Notes under the pieces: model-generated
What the model was told of the DNA's origin: nothing
The model's input: only the letters and a program-made list of their open reading frames with translations
The model's database searches: none
Source of the DNA: Antedon mediterranea
Taxonomy: Eukaryota; Animalia; Echinodermata
Assembly: GCF_964355755.1 (NCBI RefSeq)
Contig: NC_092677.1
Span: 8,578,101-8,642,100 of the forward strand
Direction of reading: 5' to 3'
DNA length: 64,000 nucleotides
Part shown: positions 37,501 through 52,500 of the stretch, piece by piece
How positions within the stretch are numbered: the stretch's first letter is position 1
Layout of the letters: each line of letters begins with the position of its first letter
Program-made: the position numbers and the translations under genes

Positions 37501-40500
37501 ACATCATCATTGAGAATAAATAAATATTGTAAAATGTGTCTGTGTGTTTCCCGAAACCTAGAAATACCGGAATGGTGTCCGGCGGGGGATAGTTTTACCA
37601 TGTAGTTTAAGTTTAAATTTACTTGCTCATTCACAAAACATTGAAAAAATAATAAATATTGAAAATGTGTCTGTGTCTTTATTTCAATACATCATCACAA
37701 TACATTGAGAATAAAAAAATATTAAAAAATGTGCCTGTGTCTTTATTTCATTACATCATCACAATACATAGAGAATAAATGAATAAGAAAAATGTTTCTG
37801 TGTCTTTATTTCAAAACATCATCATAATACATTGAGAATAAATAAATATTTAAAAATGTGTCTGTGTCTATTTTAATACATCATCACAATACATTGAGAA
37901 TAAATAAATAAGAAAAATGTGTTTGTGTCTTTATTTCAATACATCATCACAATACATTGAAAATAAATATTTAAAAATGTGTCGGTGTCTTTATTTCTAT
38001 ACATCATCACAATACATTGAAAATAAATAAATATTGAAAAATGTGTATGTGTCTTTATTTCAATACATCATCACAATACATTGAGAATAAAAAATTAAAA
38101 AAAATGTGTCTCTGTCTTTATTTCAATTCATCATCACAATACATTGAGAATAAATAAATATTGAAAAATGTGTCTGTGTCTTTATTTCAATACATCATCA
38201 CAATACATTGAGAATAAATAAATATTGAAAAATGTGTCTGTCTTTATTTCAATACATCATTACAATACATTGAGAATAAATAAATATTGAAAAATGTGTC
38301 TGAGTCTTTATTTCTATACATCATCACAATACATTGAGAATAAATAAATATTTAAAAATGTGTCTGTGTCTTTATTTCAATACATCATTCACAATACATT
38401 GAAAATAAATAAATATTAAAAAATTTGTATGTGTCTTTATTTCAATACATCATCACAATACATTGAGAATAAATAAATATTAAAAAATGTGTCTGTGTCT
38501 TTATTTCAATACATTGAGAATTAAAAAATGTGTCTGTGTCTTTATTTAATTACATCATCACAATACATAGAGAATAAATGAATAAGAAAAATGTTTCTGT
38601 GTCTTTATTTCAAAACATCATTACAATACATTGAGAATAAATAAATATTTAAAAATGTGTCTGTGTCTATTTTAATACATCATCACAATACATTGAGAAT
38701 AAATAAATAAGAAAAATGTGTTTGTGTCTTTATTTCAATACATCATCACAATACATTGAAAATAAATATTTAAAAATGTGTCTGTGTCTTTATTTCTATA
38801 CATCATCACAATACATTGAAAATAAATAAATATTGAAAAATGTGTATGTGTCTTTATTTCAATACATCATCACAATACATTGAGAATAAAAAATTAAAAA
38901 AAATGTGTCTCTGTCTTTATTTCAATTCATCATCACAATACATTGAGAATAAATAAATATTGAAAAATGTGTCTGTGTCTTTATTTCAATACATCATCAC
39001 AATACATTGAGAATAAATAAATATTGAAAAATGTGTCTGTCTTTATTTCAATACATCATTACAATACATTGAGAATAAATAAATATTGAAAAATGTGTCT
39101 GAGTCTTTATTTCTATACATCATCACAATACATTGAGAATAAATAAATATTTAAAAATGTGTCTGTGTCTTTATTTCAATACATCATTCACAATACATTG
39201 AAAATAAATAAATATTAAAAAATTTGTATGTGTCTTTATTTCAATACATCATCACAATACATTGAGAATAAATTAATATTAGAAAATGTGTCTGTGTCTT
39301 TATTTCAATACATTGAGAATTAAAAAATGTGTCTGTGTCTTTATTTAATTACATCATCACAATACATAGAGAATAAATGAATAAGAAAAATGTTTCTGTG
39401 TCTTTATTTCAAAATATCATTACAATACATTGAGAATAAATAAATATTTAAAAATGTGTCTGTGTCTATTTTAATACATCATCACAATACATTGAAAATA
39501 AATAAATAAGAAAAATGTGTTTGTGTCTTTATTTCAATACATCATCACAATACATTGAGAATAAATAAATATTTAAAAATGTGTCTGTGTCTTTATTTCA
39601 ATACATCATCACAATATATTGAGAATAAATAAATATTTAAAAATGTGTCTGTGTCTTTATTTCAATACATCATCACAATACATTGAGAATAAATAAATAA
39701 GAAAAATGTGTTTGTGTCTTTATTTCAATACATCATCACAATACATTGAGAATAAAAAAATATTAAAAAATGTGCCTGTGTCTTTATTTCATTACATCAT
39801 CACAATACATAGAGAATAAATGAATAAGAAAAATGTTTCTGTGTCTTTATTTCATAACATCATCACAATACATTGAGAATAAATAAATATTTAAAAATGT
39901 GTCTGTGTCTATTTTAATACATCATCACAATACATTGAGAATAAATAAATAAGAAAAATGTGTTTGTGTCTTTATTTCAATACATCATCACAATACATTG
40001 AAAATAAATATTTAAAAATGTGTCTGTGTCTTTATTTCTATACATCATCACAATACATTGAAAATAAATAAATATTGAAAAATGTTTATGTGTCTTTATT
40101 TCAATACATCATCACAATACATTGAGAATAAAAAATTAAAAATAAATGTGTCTCTGTCTTTATTTCAATTCATCATCACAATACATTGAGAATAAATAAA
40201 TATTGAAAAATGTGTCTGTGTCTTTATTTCAATACATCATCACAATACATTGAGAATAAATAAATATTGAAAAATATGTCTGTCTTTATTTCAATACATA
40301 ATTACAATACATTGAGAATAAATAAATATTGAAAAATGTGTCTGAGTCTTTATTTCTATACATCATCACAATACATTGAGAATAAATAAATATTTAAAAA
40401 TGTGTCTGTGTCTTTATTTCAATACATCATCACAATACATTGAGAATAAATAAATATTTAAAAATGTGTCTTTGTCTTTATTTCAATACATTACAATACA

Positions 40501-43500
40501 TTGAGAATAATTAAATATTGAAAAATGTGTCGGTGTTTTTATTTCAATACATCATCACAATACAGTGAGAATAAATGAATAAGAAAAATGTGTCTGTGTC
40601 TTTATTTCAATACATCATTGAGAATAAATAAATATTGTAAAATGTGTCTGTGTGTTTCCCGAAACCTAGAAATACCGGAATGGTGTCCGGCGGGGGATAG
40701 TTTTACCATGTAGTTTAAGTTGTTAGCCGAAACAGTTCAATTCATTTCAAAGTAAATGTTTTTTATATATTTACAAATCATGATAAATTTACTTGCTCAT
40801 TCACAAAACATTGAAAAAATAATAAATATTGAAAATGTGTCTGTGTTTTATTTCAATACATCATTCACAATACATTGAAAATAAATAAATATTAAAAAAT
40901 GTGTATGTGTCTTTATTTCAATACATCATCACAATACATTGAGAATAAATTAATATTAAAAAATGTGTCTGTGTCTTTATTTCAATACATTGAGAATTAA
41001 AAAATGTGTCTGTGTCTTTATTTCATTACATCATCACAATACATAGAGAATAAATGAATAAGAAAAATGTTTCTGTGTCTTTATTTCAAAACATCATCAC
41101 AATACATTGAGAATAAATAAATATTTAAAAATGTGTCTGTGTCTATTTTAATACATCATCACAATACATTGAGAATAAATAAATAAGAAAAATGTGTTTG
41201 TGTCTTTATTTCAATACATCATCACAATACATTGAGAATAAAAAAATATTTAAAAATGTGTCTGTGTCTTTATTTCAATACATCATCACAATATATTGAG
41301 AATAAATAAATATTTAAAAATGTGTCTGTGTCTTTATTTCAATACATCATCACAATACATTGAGAATAAATAAATAAGAAAAGTGTGTTTGTGTCTTTAT
41401 TTCAATACATCATCACAATACATTGAGAATAAAAAATTAAGAAAAATGTGTCTGTGTCTTTATTTCAATACATCATCACAATACATTGAGAATAAAGAAT
41501 TAAGAAAAATGTGTCTGTGTCTTTATTTCAATACATCATCACAATACATTGAGAATAAAAAATTAAGAAAAATGTGTTTGTGTCTTTATTTCAATACATC
41601 ATCACAATACATTGAGAATAAAAAATTAAGAAAAATGTGTCTGTGTCTTTATTTCAATACATCATCACAATACATTGAGAATAAATAAATATTTAAAAAT
41701 GTGTCTTTGTCTTAATTTCAATACATTACAATGCATTGAGAATAATTAAATATTGAAAAATGTGTCTCTGTCTTAATTTCAATACATCATCACAATACAT
41801 TGAGAATAAATAAATATTAAAAAATGTGTCTGTGTCTTTATTTCAATAAATCATCACAATACATTGAGAATAAATAAATAAGAAAAATGTGTTTGTTTCT
41901 TTATTTCAATACATCATCACAATACATTGAGAATAAATAAATATTTAAAAATGTGTCTGTGTCTTTATTTCAATACATCATCACAATACATTGAGAATAC
42001 ATAAGTAATAAAAATGTGTCTGTGTCTTTATTTCATTACATCATCACAATACATAGAGAATAAATGAATAAGAAAAATGTGTTTGTGTCTTTATTTCAAT
42101 ACATCATTACAATACATTGAGAATAAATAAATATTGAAAAATGTGTCTGTGTCTTTATTTCAATACATCATCACAATACATAGAGAATAAATAAATATTT
42201 AAAAATGTGTCTGTCTTTATTTCAATATATCATCACAATACATTGAGATAAAATAAATATTAAAAAAAGGTGTATGTGTCTTTATATCAATACATCATCA
42301 CAATACATTGAGAATAAATTAATATTAAAAAATGTGTCTGTGTCTTTATTTCAATACATCATCACAATACAGTGAGAATAAATGAATAAGAAAAATGTGT
42401 CTGTGTGTTTATTTCAATACATCATCATTGAGAATAAATAAATATTGTAAAATTTGTCTGTGTGTTTCCCGAAACCTAGAAATACCGGAATGGTGTCCGG
42501 CGGGGGATAGTTTTACCATGTAGTTTAAGTTGTTAGCCGAAACAGTTCAATTCATATCAAAGTAACTGTTTCTTTTATATTTACAAATCATGATAAATTT
42601 ACTTGCTCATTCACAAAACATTGAAAAAATAATAAATATTGAAAATGTGTCTGTGTTTTATTTCAATACATCATCACAATACATTGAAAATAAATAAATA
42701 TTAAAAAATGTGTATGTGTCTTTATTTCAATATATCATCACAATACATAGAGAATAAATAAATATTTAAATATGTTTCTGTGTCTATATTTTAATACATC
42801 ATTACAATACATTGAGAATAAATAAATATTGAAAAATGTGTCTGTGTCTTTATTTCAATACATCATCACAATACATTGAGAATAAATAATTAAGAAAAAT
42901 GTGTTTGTGTCTTTATTTCAATACATCATCACAATACATTGAGAATAAAAAAATATTTAAAAATGTGTATGTGTCTTTATTTCAATATATCATCACAATA
43001 CATTGAGAAAAAAAATTAAGAAAATGTGTCTGTGTCTTTATTTCAATACATCATTACAATACATCGAAAATAAATAAATATTGAAAAATGTGTATGTGTC
43101 TTTATTTCAATACATCATCACAATACATTGAGAATAAAAAATTAAAAAAAATGTGTCTCTGTCTTTATTTCAATTCATTATCACAATACATTGAGAATAA
43201 ATAAATATTGAAAAATGTGTCTTTGTCTTTATTTCAATACATCATCACAATACATTGAGAATAAATAAATATTGAAAAATGTGTCTGTCTTTATTTCAAT
43301 ACATCATTACAATACATTGAAAATAAATAAATATTGAAAAATGTGTCTGAGTCTTTATTTCAATACATCATCACAATACATTGAGAATAAATAAATATTT
43401 AAAAATGTGTCTGTGTCTTTATTTCAATACATCATCACAATACATTGAGAATAAATAAATATTTAAAAAATGTGTCTTTGTCTTTATTTCAATACATTAC

Positions 43501-46500
43501 AATGCATTGAGAATAATTAAATATTGAAAAATGTGTCTGTGTCTTAATTTCAATACATCATCACAATACAGTGAGAATAAATAAATATTGAAAAATGTGT
43601 ATGTGTCTTTATTTCAATACATCATCACAATACATTGAGAATAAAAAATTTAAAAAAATGTGTCTCTGTCTTTATTTCAATTCATCATCACAATACATTG
43701 AGAATAAATAAATATTTAAAAAATGTGTCTTTGTCTTTATTTCAATACATTACAATGCATTGAGAATAATTAAATATTGAAAAATGTGTCTGTGTCTTAA
43801 TTTCAATACATCATCACAATACATTGAGAATAAATAAATATTAAAAAATGTGTCTGTGCTTAATTTCAATAAATCATCACAATACATTGAGAATAAATAA
43901 ATATTGAAAAATGTGTCTGTCTTTATTTCAATACATCATTACAATACATTGAGAATAAATAAATATTGAAAAATGTGTCTGAGTCTTTATTTCAATACAT
44001 CATCACAATACATTGAGAATAAATAAATATTAAAAAATGTGTCTGTGTCTTTATTTCAATACATTGAGAATTAAAAAATGTGTCTGTGTCTTTATTTCAT
44101 TACATCATCACAATACATAGAGAATAAATGAATAAGAAAAATGTTTCTGTGTCTTTATTTCAAAACATCATCACAATACATTGAGAATAAATAAATATTT
44201 AAAAATGTGTCTGTGTCTATTTTAATACATCATCACAATACATTGAGAATAAATAAATAAGAAAAATGTGTTTGTGTCTTTATTTCAATACATCATCACA
44301 ATACATTGAGAATAAATAAATATTTAAAAATGTGTCTGTGTCTTTATTTCAATACATCATCACAATATATTGAGAATAAATAAATATTTAAAAATGTGTC
44401 TGTGTCTTTATTTCAATACATCATCACAATACATTGAGAATAAATAAATAAGAAAAATGTGTTTGTGTCTTTATTTCAATACATCATCACAATACATTGA
44501 GAATAAAAAAATATTAAAAAATGTGCCTGTGTCTTTATTTCATTACATCATCACAATACATAGAGAATAAATGAATAAGAAAAATGTTTCTGTGTCTTTA
44601 TTTCAAAACATCATCATAATACATTGAGAATAAATAAATATTTAAAAATGTGTCTGTGTCTATTTTAATACATCATCACAATACATTGAGAATAAATAAA
44701 TAAGAAAAATGTGTTTGTGTCTTTATTTCAATACATCATCACAATACATTGAAAATAAATATTTAAAAATGTGTCTGTGTCTTTATTTCTATACATCATC
44801 ACAATACATTAAAAATAAATAAATATTGAAAAATGTGTATGTGTCTTTATTTCAATACATCATCACAATACATTGAGAATAAAAAATTAAAAAAAATGTG
44901 TCTCTGTCTTTATTTCAATTCATCATCACAATACATTGAGAATAAATAAATATTGAAAAATGTGTCTGTGTCTTTATTTCAATACATCATCACAATACAT
45001 TGAGAATAAATAAATATTGAAAAATGTGTCTGTCTTTATTTCAATACATCATTACAATACATTGAGAATAAATAAATATTGAAAAATGTGTCTGAGTCTT
45101 TATTTCTATACATCATCACAATACATTGAGAATAAATAAATATTTAAAAATGTGTCTGTGTCTTTATTTCAATACATCATTCACAATACATTGAAAATAA
45201 ATAAATATTAAAAAATTTGTATGTGTCTTTATTTCAATACATCATCACAATACATTGAGAATAAATAAATATTAAAAAATGTGTCTGTGTCTTTATTTCA
45301 ATACATTGAGAATTAAAAAATGTGTCTGTGTCTTTATTTAATTACATCATCACAATACATAGAGAATAAATGAATAAGAAAAATGTTTCTGTGTCTTTAT
45401 TTCAAAACATCATTACAATACATTGAGAATAAATAAATATTTAAAAATGTGTCTGTGTCTATTTTAATACATCATCACAATACATTGAGAATAAATAAAT
45501 AAGAAAAATGTGTTTGTGTCTTTATTTCAATACATCATCACAATACATTGAAAATAAATATTTAAAAATGTGTCTGTGTCTTTATTTCTATACATCATCA
45601 CAATACATTGAAAATAAATAAATATTGAAAAATGTGTATGTGTCTTTATTTCAATACATCATCACAATACATTGAGAATAAAAAATTAAAAAAAATGTGT
45701 CTCTGTCTTTATTTCAATTCATCATCACAATACATTGAGAATAAATAAATATTGAAAAATGTGTCTGTGTCTTTATTTCAATACATCATCACAATACATT
45801 GAGAATAAATAAATATTGAAAAATGTGTCTGTCTTTATTTCAATACATCATTACAATACATTGAGAATAAATAAATATTGAAAAATGTGTCTGAGTCTTT
45901 ATTTCTATACATCATCACAATACATTGAGAATAAATAAATATTTAAAAATGTGTCTGTGTCTTTATTTCAATACATCATTCACAATACATTGAAAATAAA
46001 TAAATATTAAAAAATTTGTATGTGTCTTTATTTCAATACATCATCACAATACATTGAGAATAAATTAATATTAGAAAATGTGTCTGTGTCTTTATTTCAA
46101 TACATTGAGAATTAAAAAATGTGTCTGTGTCTTTATTTAATTACATCATCACAATACATAGAGAATAAATGAATAAGAAAAATGTTTCTGTGTCTTTATT
46201 TCAAAATATCATTACAATACATTGAGAATAAATAAATATTTAAAAATGTGTCTGTGTCTATTTTAATACATCATCACAATACATTGAAAATAAATAAATA
46301 AGAAAAATGTGTTTGTGTCTTTATTTCAATACATCATCACAATACATTGAGAATAAATAAATATTTAAAAATGTGTCTGTGTCTTTATTTCAATACATCA
46401 TCACAATATATTGAGAATAAATAAATATTTAAAAATGTGTCTGTGTCTTTATTTCAATACATCATCACAATACATTGAGAATAAATAAATAAGAAAAATG

Positions 46501-49500
46501 TGTTTGTGTCTTTATTTCAATACATCATCACAATACATTGAGAATAAATAAATATTTAAAAATGTGTCTGTGTCTATTTTAATACATCATCACAATACAT
46601 TGAGAATAAATAAATAAGAAAAATGTGTTTGTGTCTTTATTTCAATACATCATCACAATACATTGAAAATAAATATTTAAAAATGTGTCTGTGTCTTTAT
46701 TTCTATACATCATCACAATACATTGAAAATAAATAAATATTGAAAAATGTTTATGTGTCTTTATTTCAATACATCATCACAATACATTGAGAATAAAAAA
46801 TTAAAAATAAATGTGTCTCTGTCTTTATTTCAATTCATCATCACAATACATTGAGAATAAATAAATATTGAAAAATGTGTCTGTGTCTTTATTTCAATAC
46901 ATCATCACAATACATTGAGAATAAATAAATATTGAAAAATATGTCTGTCTTTATTTCAATACATAATTACAATACATTGAGAATAAATAAATATTGAAAA
47001 ATGTGTCTGAGTCTTTATTTCTATACATCATCACAATACATTGAGAATAAATAAATATTTAAAAATGTGTCTGTGTCTTTATTTCAATACATCATCACAA
47101 TACATTGAGAATAAATAAATATTTAAAAATGTGTCTTTGTCTTTATTTCAATACATTACAATACATTGAGAATAATTAAATATTGAAAAATGTGTCGGTG
47201 TTTTTATTTCAATACATCATCACAATACAGTGAGAATAAATGAATAAGAAAAATGTGTCTGTGTCTTTATTTCAATACATCATTGAGAATAAATAAATAT
47301 TGTAAAATGTGTCTGTGTGTTTCCCGAAACCTAGAAATACCGGAATGGTGTCCGGCGGGGGATAGTTTTACCATGTAGTTTAAGTTGTTAGCCGAAACAG
47401 TTCAATTCATTTCAAAGTAAATGTTTTTTATATATTTACAAATCATGATAAATTTACTTGCTCATTCACAAAACATTGAAAAAATAATAAATATTGAAAA
47501 TGTGTCTGTGTTTTATTTCAATACATCATTCACAATACATTGAAAATAAATAAATATTAAAAAATGTGTATGTGTCTTTATTTCAATACATCATCACAAT
47601 ACATTGAGAATAAATTAATATTAAAAAATGTGTCTGTGTCTTTATTTCAATACATTGAGAATTAAAAAATGTGTCTGTGTCTTTATTTCATTACATCATC
47701 ACAATACATAGAGAATAAATGAATAAGAAAAATGTTTCTGTGTCTTTATTTCAAAACATCATCACAATACATTGAGAATAAATAAATATTTAAAAATGTG
47801 TCTGTGTCTATTTTAATACATCATCACAATACATTGAGAATAAATAAATAAGAAAAATGTGTTTGTGTCTTTATTTCAATACATCATCACAATACATTGA
47901 GAATAAAAAAATATTTAAAAATGTGTCTGTGTCTTTATTTCAATACATCATCACAATATATTGAGAATAAATAAATATTTAAAAATGTGTCTGTGTCTTT
48001 ATTTCAATACATCATCACAATACATTGAGAATAAATAAATAAGAAAAGTGTGTTTGTGTCTTTATTTCAATACATCATCACAATACATTGAGAATAAAAA
48101 ATTAAGAAAAATGTGTCTGTGTCTTTATTTCAATACATCATCACAATACATTGAGAATAAAGAATTAAGAAAAATGTGTCTGTGTCTTTATTTCAATACA
48201 TCATCACAATACATTGAGAATAAAAAATTAAGAAAAATGTGTTTGTGTCTTTATTTCAATACATCATCACAATACATTGAGAATAAAAAATTAAGAAAAA
48301 TGTGTCTGTGTCTTTATTTCAATACATCATCACAATACATTGAGAATAAATAAATATTTAAAAATGTGTCTTTGTCTTAATTTCAATACATTACAATGCA
48401 TTGAGAATAATTAAATATTGAAAAATGTGTCTCTGTCTTAATTTCAATACATCATCACAATACATTGAGAATAAATAAATATTAAAAAATGTGTCTGTGT
48501 CTTTATTTCAATAAATCATCACAATACATTGAGAATAAATAAATAAGAAAAATGTGTTTGTTTCTTTATTTCAATACATCATCACAATACATTGAGAATA
48601 AATAAATATTTAAAAATGTGTCTGTGTCTTTATTTCAATACATCATCACAATACATTGAGAATACATAAGTAATAAAAATGTGTCTGTGTCTTTATTTCA
48701 TTACATCATCACAATACATAGAGAATAAATGAATAAGAAAAATGTGTTTGTGTCTTTATTTCAATACATCATTACAATACATTGAGAATAAATAAATATT
48801 GAAAAATGTGTCTGTGTCTTTATTTCAATACATCATCACAATACATAGAGAATAAATAAATATTTAAAAATGTGTCTGTCTTTATTTCAATATATCATCA
48901 CAATACATTGAGATAAAATAAATATTAAAAAAAGGTGTATGTGTCTTTATATCAATACATCATCACAATACATTGAGAATAAATTAATATTAAAAAATGT
49001 GTCTGTGTCTTTATTTCAATACATCATCACAATACAGTGAGAATAAATGAATAAGAAAAATGTGTCTGTGTGTTTATTTCAATACATCATCATTGAGAAT
49101 AAATAAATATTGTAAAATTTGTCTGTGTGTTTCCCGAAACCTAGAAATACCGGAATGGTGTCCGGCGGGGGATAGTTTTACCATGTAGTTTAAGTTGTTA
49201 GCCGAAACAGTTCAATTCATATCAAAGTAACTGTTTCTTTTATATTTACAAATCATGATAAATTTACTTGCTCATTCACAAAACATTGAAAAAATAATAA
49301 ATATTGAAAATGTGTCTGTGTTTTATTTCAATACATCATCACAATACATTGAAAATAAATAAATATTAAAAAATGTGTATGTGTCTTTATTTCAATATAT
49401 CATCACAATACATAGAGAATAAATAAATATTTAAATATGTTTCTGTGTCTATATTTTAATACATCATTACAATACATTGAGAATAAATAAATATTGAAAA

Positions 49501-52500
49501 ATGTGTCTGTGTCTTTATTTCAATACATCATCACAATACATTGAGAATAAATAATTAAGAAAAATGTGTTTGTGTCTTTATTTCAATACATCATCACAAT
49601 ACATTGAGAATAAAAAAATATTTAAAAATGTGTATGTGTCTTTATTTCAATATATCATCACAATACATTGAGAAAAAAAATTAAGAAAATGTGTCTGTGT
49701 CTTTATTTCAATACATCATTACAATACATCGAAAATAAATAAATATTGAAAAATGTGTATGTGTCTTTATTTCAATACATCATCACAATACATTGAGAAT
49801 AAAAAATTAAAAAAAATGTGTCTCTGTCTTTATTTCAATTCATTATCACAATACATTGAGAATAAATAAATATTGAAAAATGTGTCTTTGTCTTTATTTC
49901 AATACATCATCACAATACATTGAGAATAAATAAATATTGAAAAATGTGTCTGTCTTTATTTCAATACATCATTACAATACATTGAAAATAAATAAATATT
50001 GAAAAATGTGTCTGAGTCTTTATTTCAATACATCATCACAATACATTGAGAATAAATAAATATTTAAAAATGTGTCTGTGTCTTTATTTCAATACATCAT
50101 CACAATACATTGAGAATAAATAAATATTTAAAAAATGTGTCTTTGTCTTTATTTCAATACATTACAATGCATTGAGAATAATTAAATATTGAAAAATGTG
50201 TCTGTGTCTTAATTTCAATACATCATCACAATACAGTGAGAATAAATAAATATTGAAAAATGTGTATGTGTCTTTATTTCAATACATCATCACAATACAT
50301 TGAGAATAAAAAATTTAAAAAAATGTGTCTCTGTCTTTATTTCAATTCATCATCACAATACATTGAGAATAAATAAATATTTAAAAAATGTGTCTTTGTC
50401 TTTATTTCAATACATTACAATGCATTGAGAATAATTAAATATTGAAAAATGTGTCTGTGTCTTAATTTCAATACATCATCACAATACATTGAGAATAAAT
50501 AAATATTAAAAAATGTGTCTGTGCTTAATTTCAATAAATCATCACAATACATTGAGAATAAATAAATATTGAAAAATGTGTCTGTCTTTATTTCAATACA
50601 TCATTACAATACATTGAGAATAAATAAATATTGAAAAATGTGTCTGAGTCTTTATTTCAATACATCATCACAATACATTGAGAATAAATAAATATTAAAA
50701 AATGTGTCTGTGTCTTTATTTCAATACATTGAGAATTAAAAAATGTGTCTGTGTCTTTATTTCATTACATCATCACAATACATAGAGAATAAATGAATAA
50801 GAAAAATGTTTCTGTGTCTTTATTTCAAAACATCATCACAATACATTGAGAATAAATAAATATTTAAAAATGTGTCTGTGTCTATTTTAATACATCATCA
50901 CAATACATTGAGAATAAATAAATAAGAAAAATGTGTTTGTGTCTTTATTTCAATACATCATCACAATACATTGAGAATAAATAAATATTTAAAAATGTGT
51001 CTGTGTCTTTATTTCAATACATCATCACAATATATTGAGAATAAATAAATATTTAAAAATGTGTCTGTGTCTTTATTTCAATACATCATCACAATACATT
51101 GAGAATAAATAAATAAGAAAAATGTGTTTGTGTCTTTATTTCAATACATCATCACAATACATTGAGAATAAAAAAATATTAAAAAATGTGCCTGTGTCTT
51201 TATTTCATTACATCATCACAATACATAGAGAATAAATGAATAAGAAAAATGTTTCTGTGTCTTTATTTCAAAACATCATCATAATACATTGAGAATAAAT
51301 AAATATTTAAAAATGTGTCTGTGTCTATTTTAATACATCATCACAATACATTGAGAATAAATAAATAAGAAAAATGTGTTTGTGTCTTTATTTCAATACA
51401 TCATCACAATACATTGAAAATAAATATTTAAAAATGTGTCTGTGTCTTTATTTCTATACATCATCACAATACATTAAAAATAAATAAATATTGAAAAATG
51501 TGTATGTGTCTTTATTTCAATACATCATCACAATACATTGAGAATAAAAAATTAAAAAAAATGTGTCTCTGTCTTTATTTCAATTCATCATCACAATACA
51601 TTGAGAATAAATAAATATTGAAAAATGTGTCTGTGTCTTTATTTCAATACATCATCACAATACATTGAGAATAAATAAATATTGAAAAATGTGTCTGTCT
51701 TTATTTCAATACATCATTACAATACATTGAGAATAAATAAATATTGAAAAATGTGTCTGAGTCTTTATTTCTATACATCATCACAATACATTGAGAATAA
51801 ATAAATATTTAAAAATGTGTCTGTGTCTTTATTTCAATACATCATTCACAATACATTGAAAATAAATAAATATTAAAAAATTTGTATGTGTCTTTATTTC
51901 AATACATCATCACAATACATTGAGAATAAATAAATATTAAAAAATGTGTCTGTGTCTTTATTTCAATACATTGAGAATTAAAAAATGTGTCTGTGTCTTT
52001 ATTTAATTACATCATCACAATACATAGAGAATAAATGAATAAGAAAAATGTTTCTGTGTCTTTATTTCAAAACATCATTACAATACATTGAGAATAAATA
52101 AATATTTAAAAATGTGTCTGTGTCTATTTTAATACATCATCACAATACATTGAGAATAAATAAATAAGAAAAATGTGTTTGTGTCTTTATTTCAATACAT
52201 CATCACAATACATTGAAAATAAATATTTAAAAATGTGTCTGTGTCTTTATTTCTATACATCATCACAATACATTGAAAATAAATAAATATTGAAAAATGT
52301 GTATGTGTCTTTATTTCAATACATCATCACAATACATTGAGAATAAAAAATTAAAAAAAATGTGTCTCTGTCTTTATTTCAATTCATCATCACAATACAT
52401 TGAGAATAAATAAATATTGAAAAATGTGTCTGTGTCTTTATTTCAATACATCATCACAATACATTGAGAATAAATAAATATTGAAAAATGTGTCTGTCTT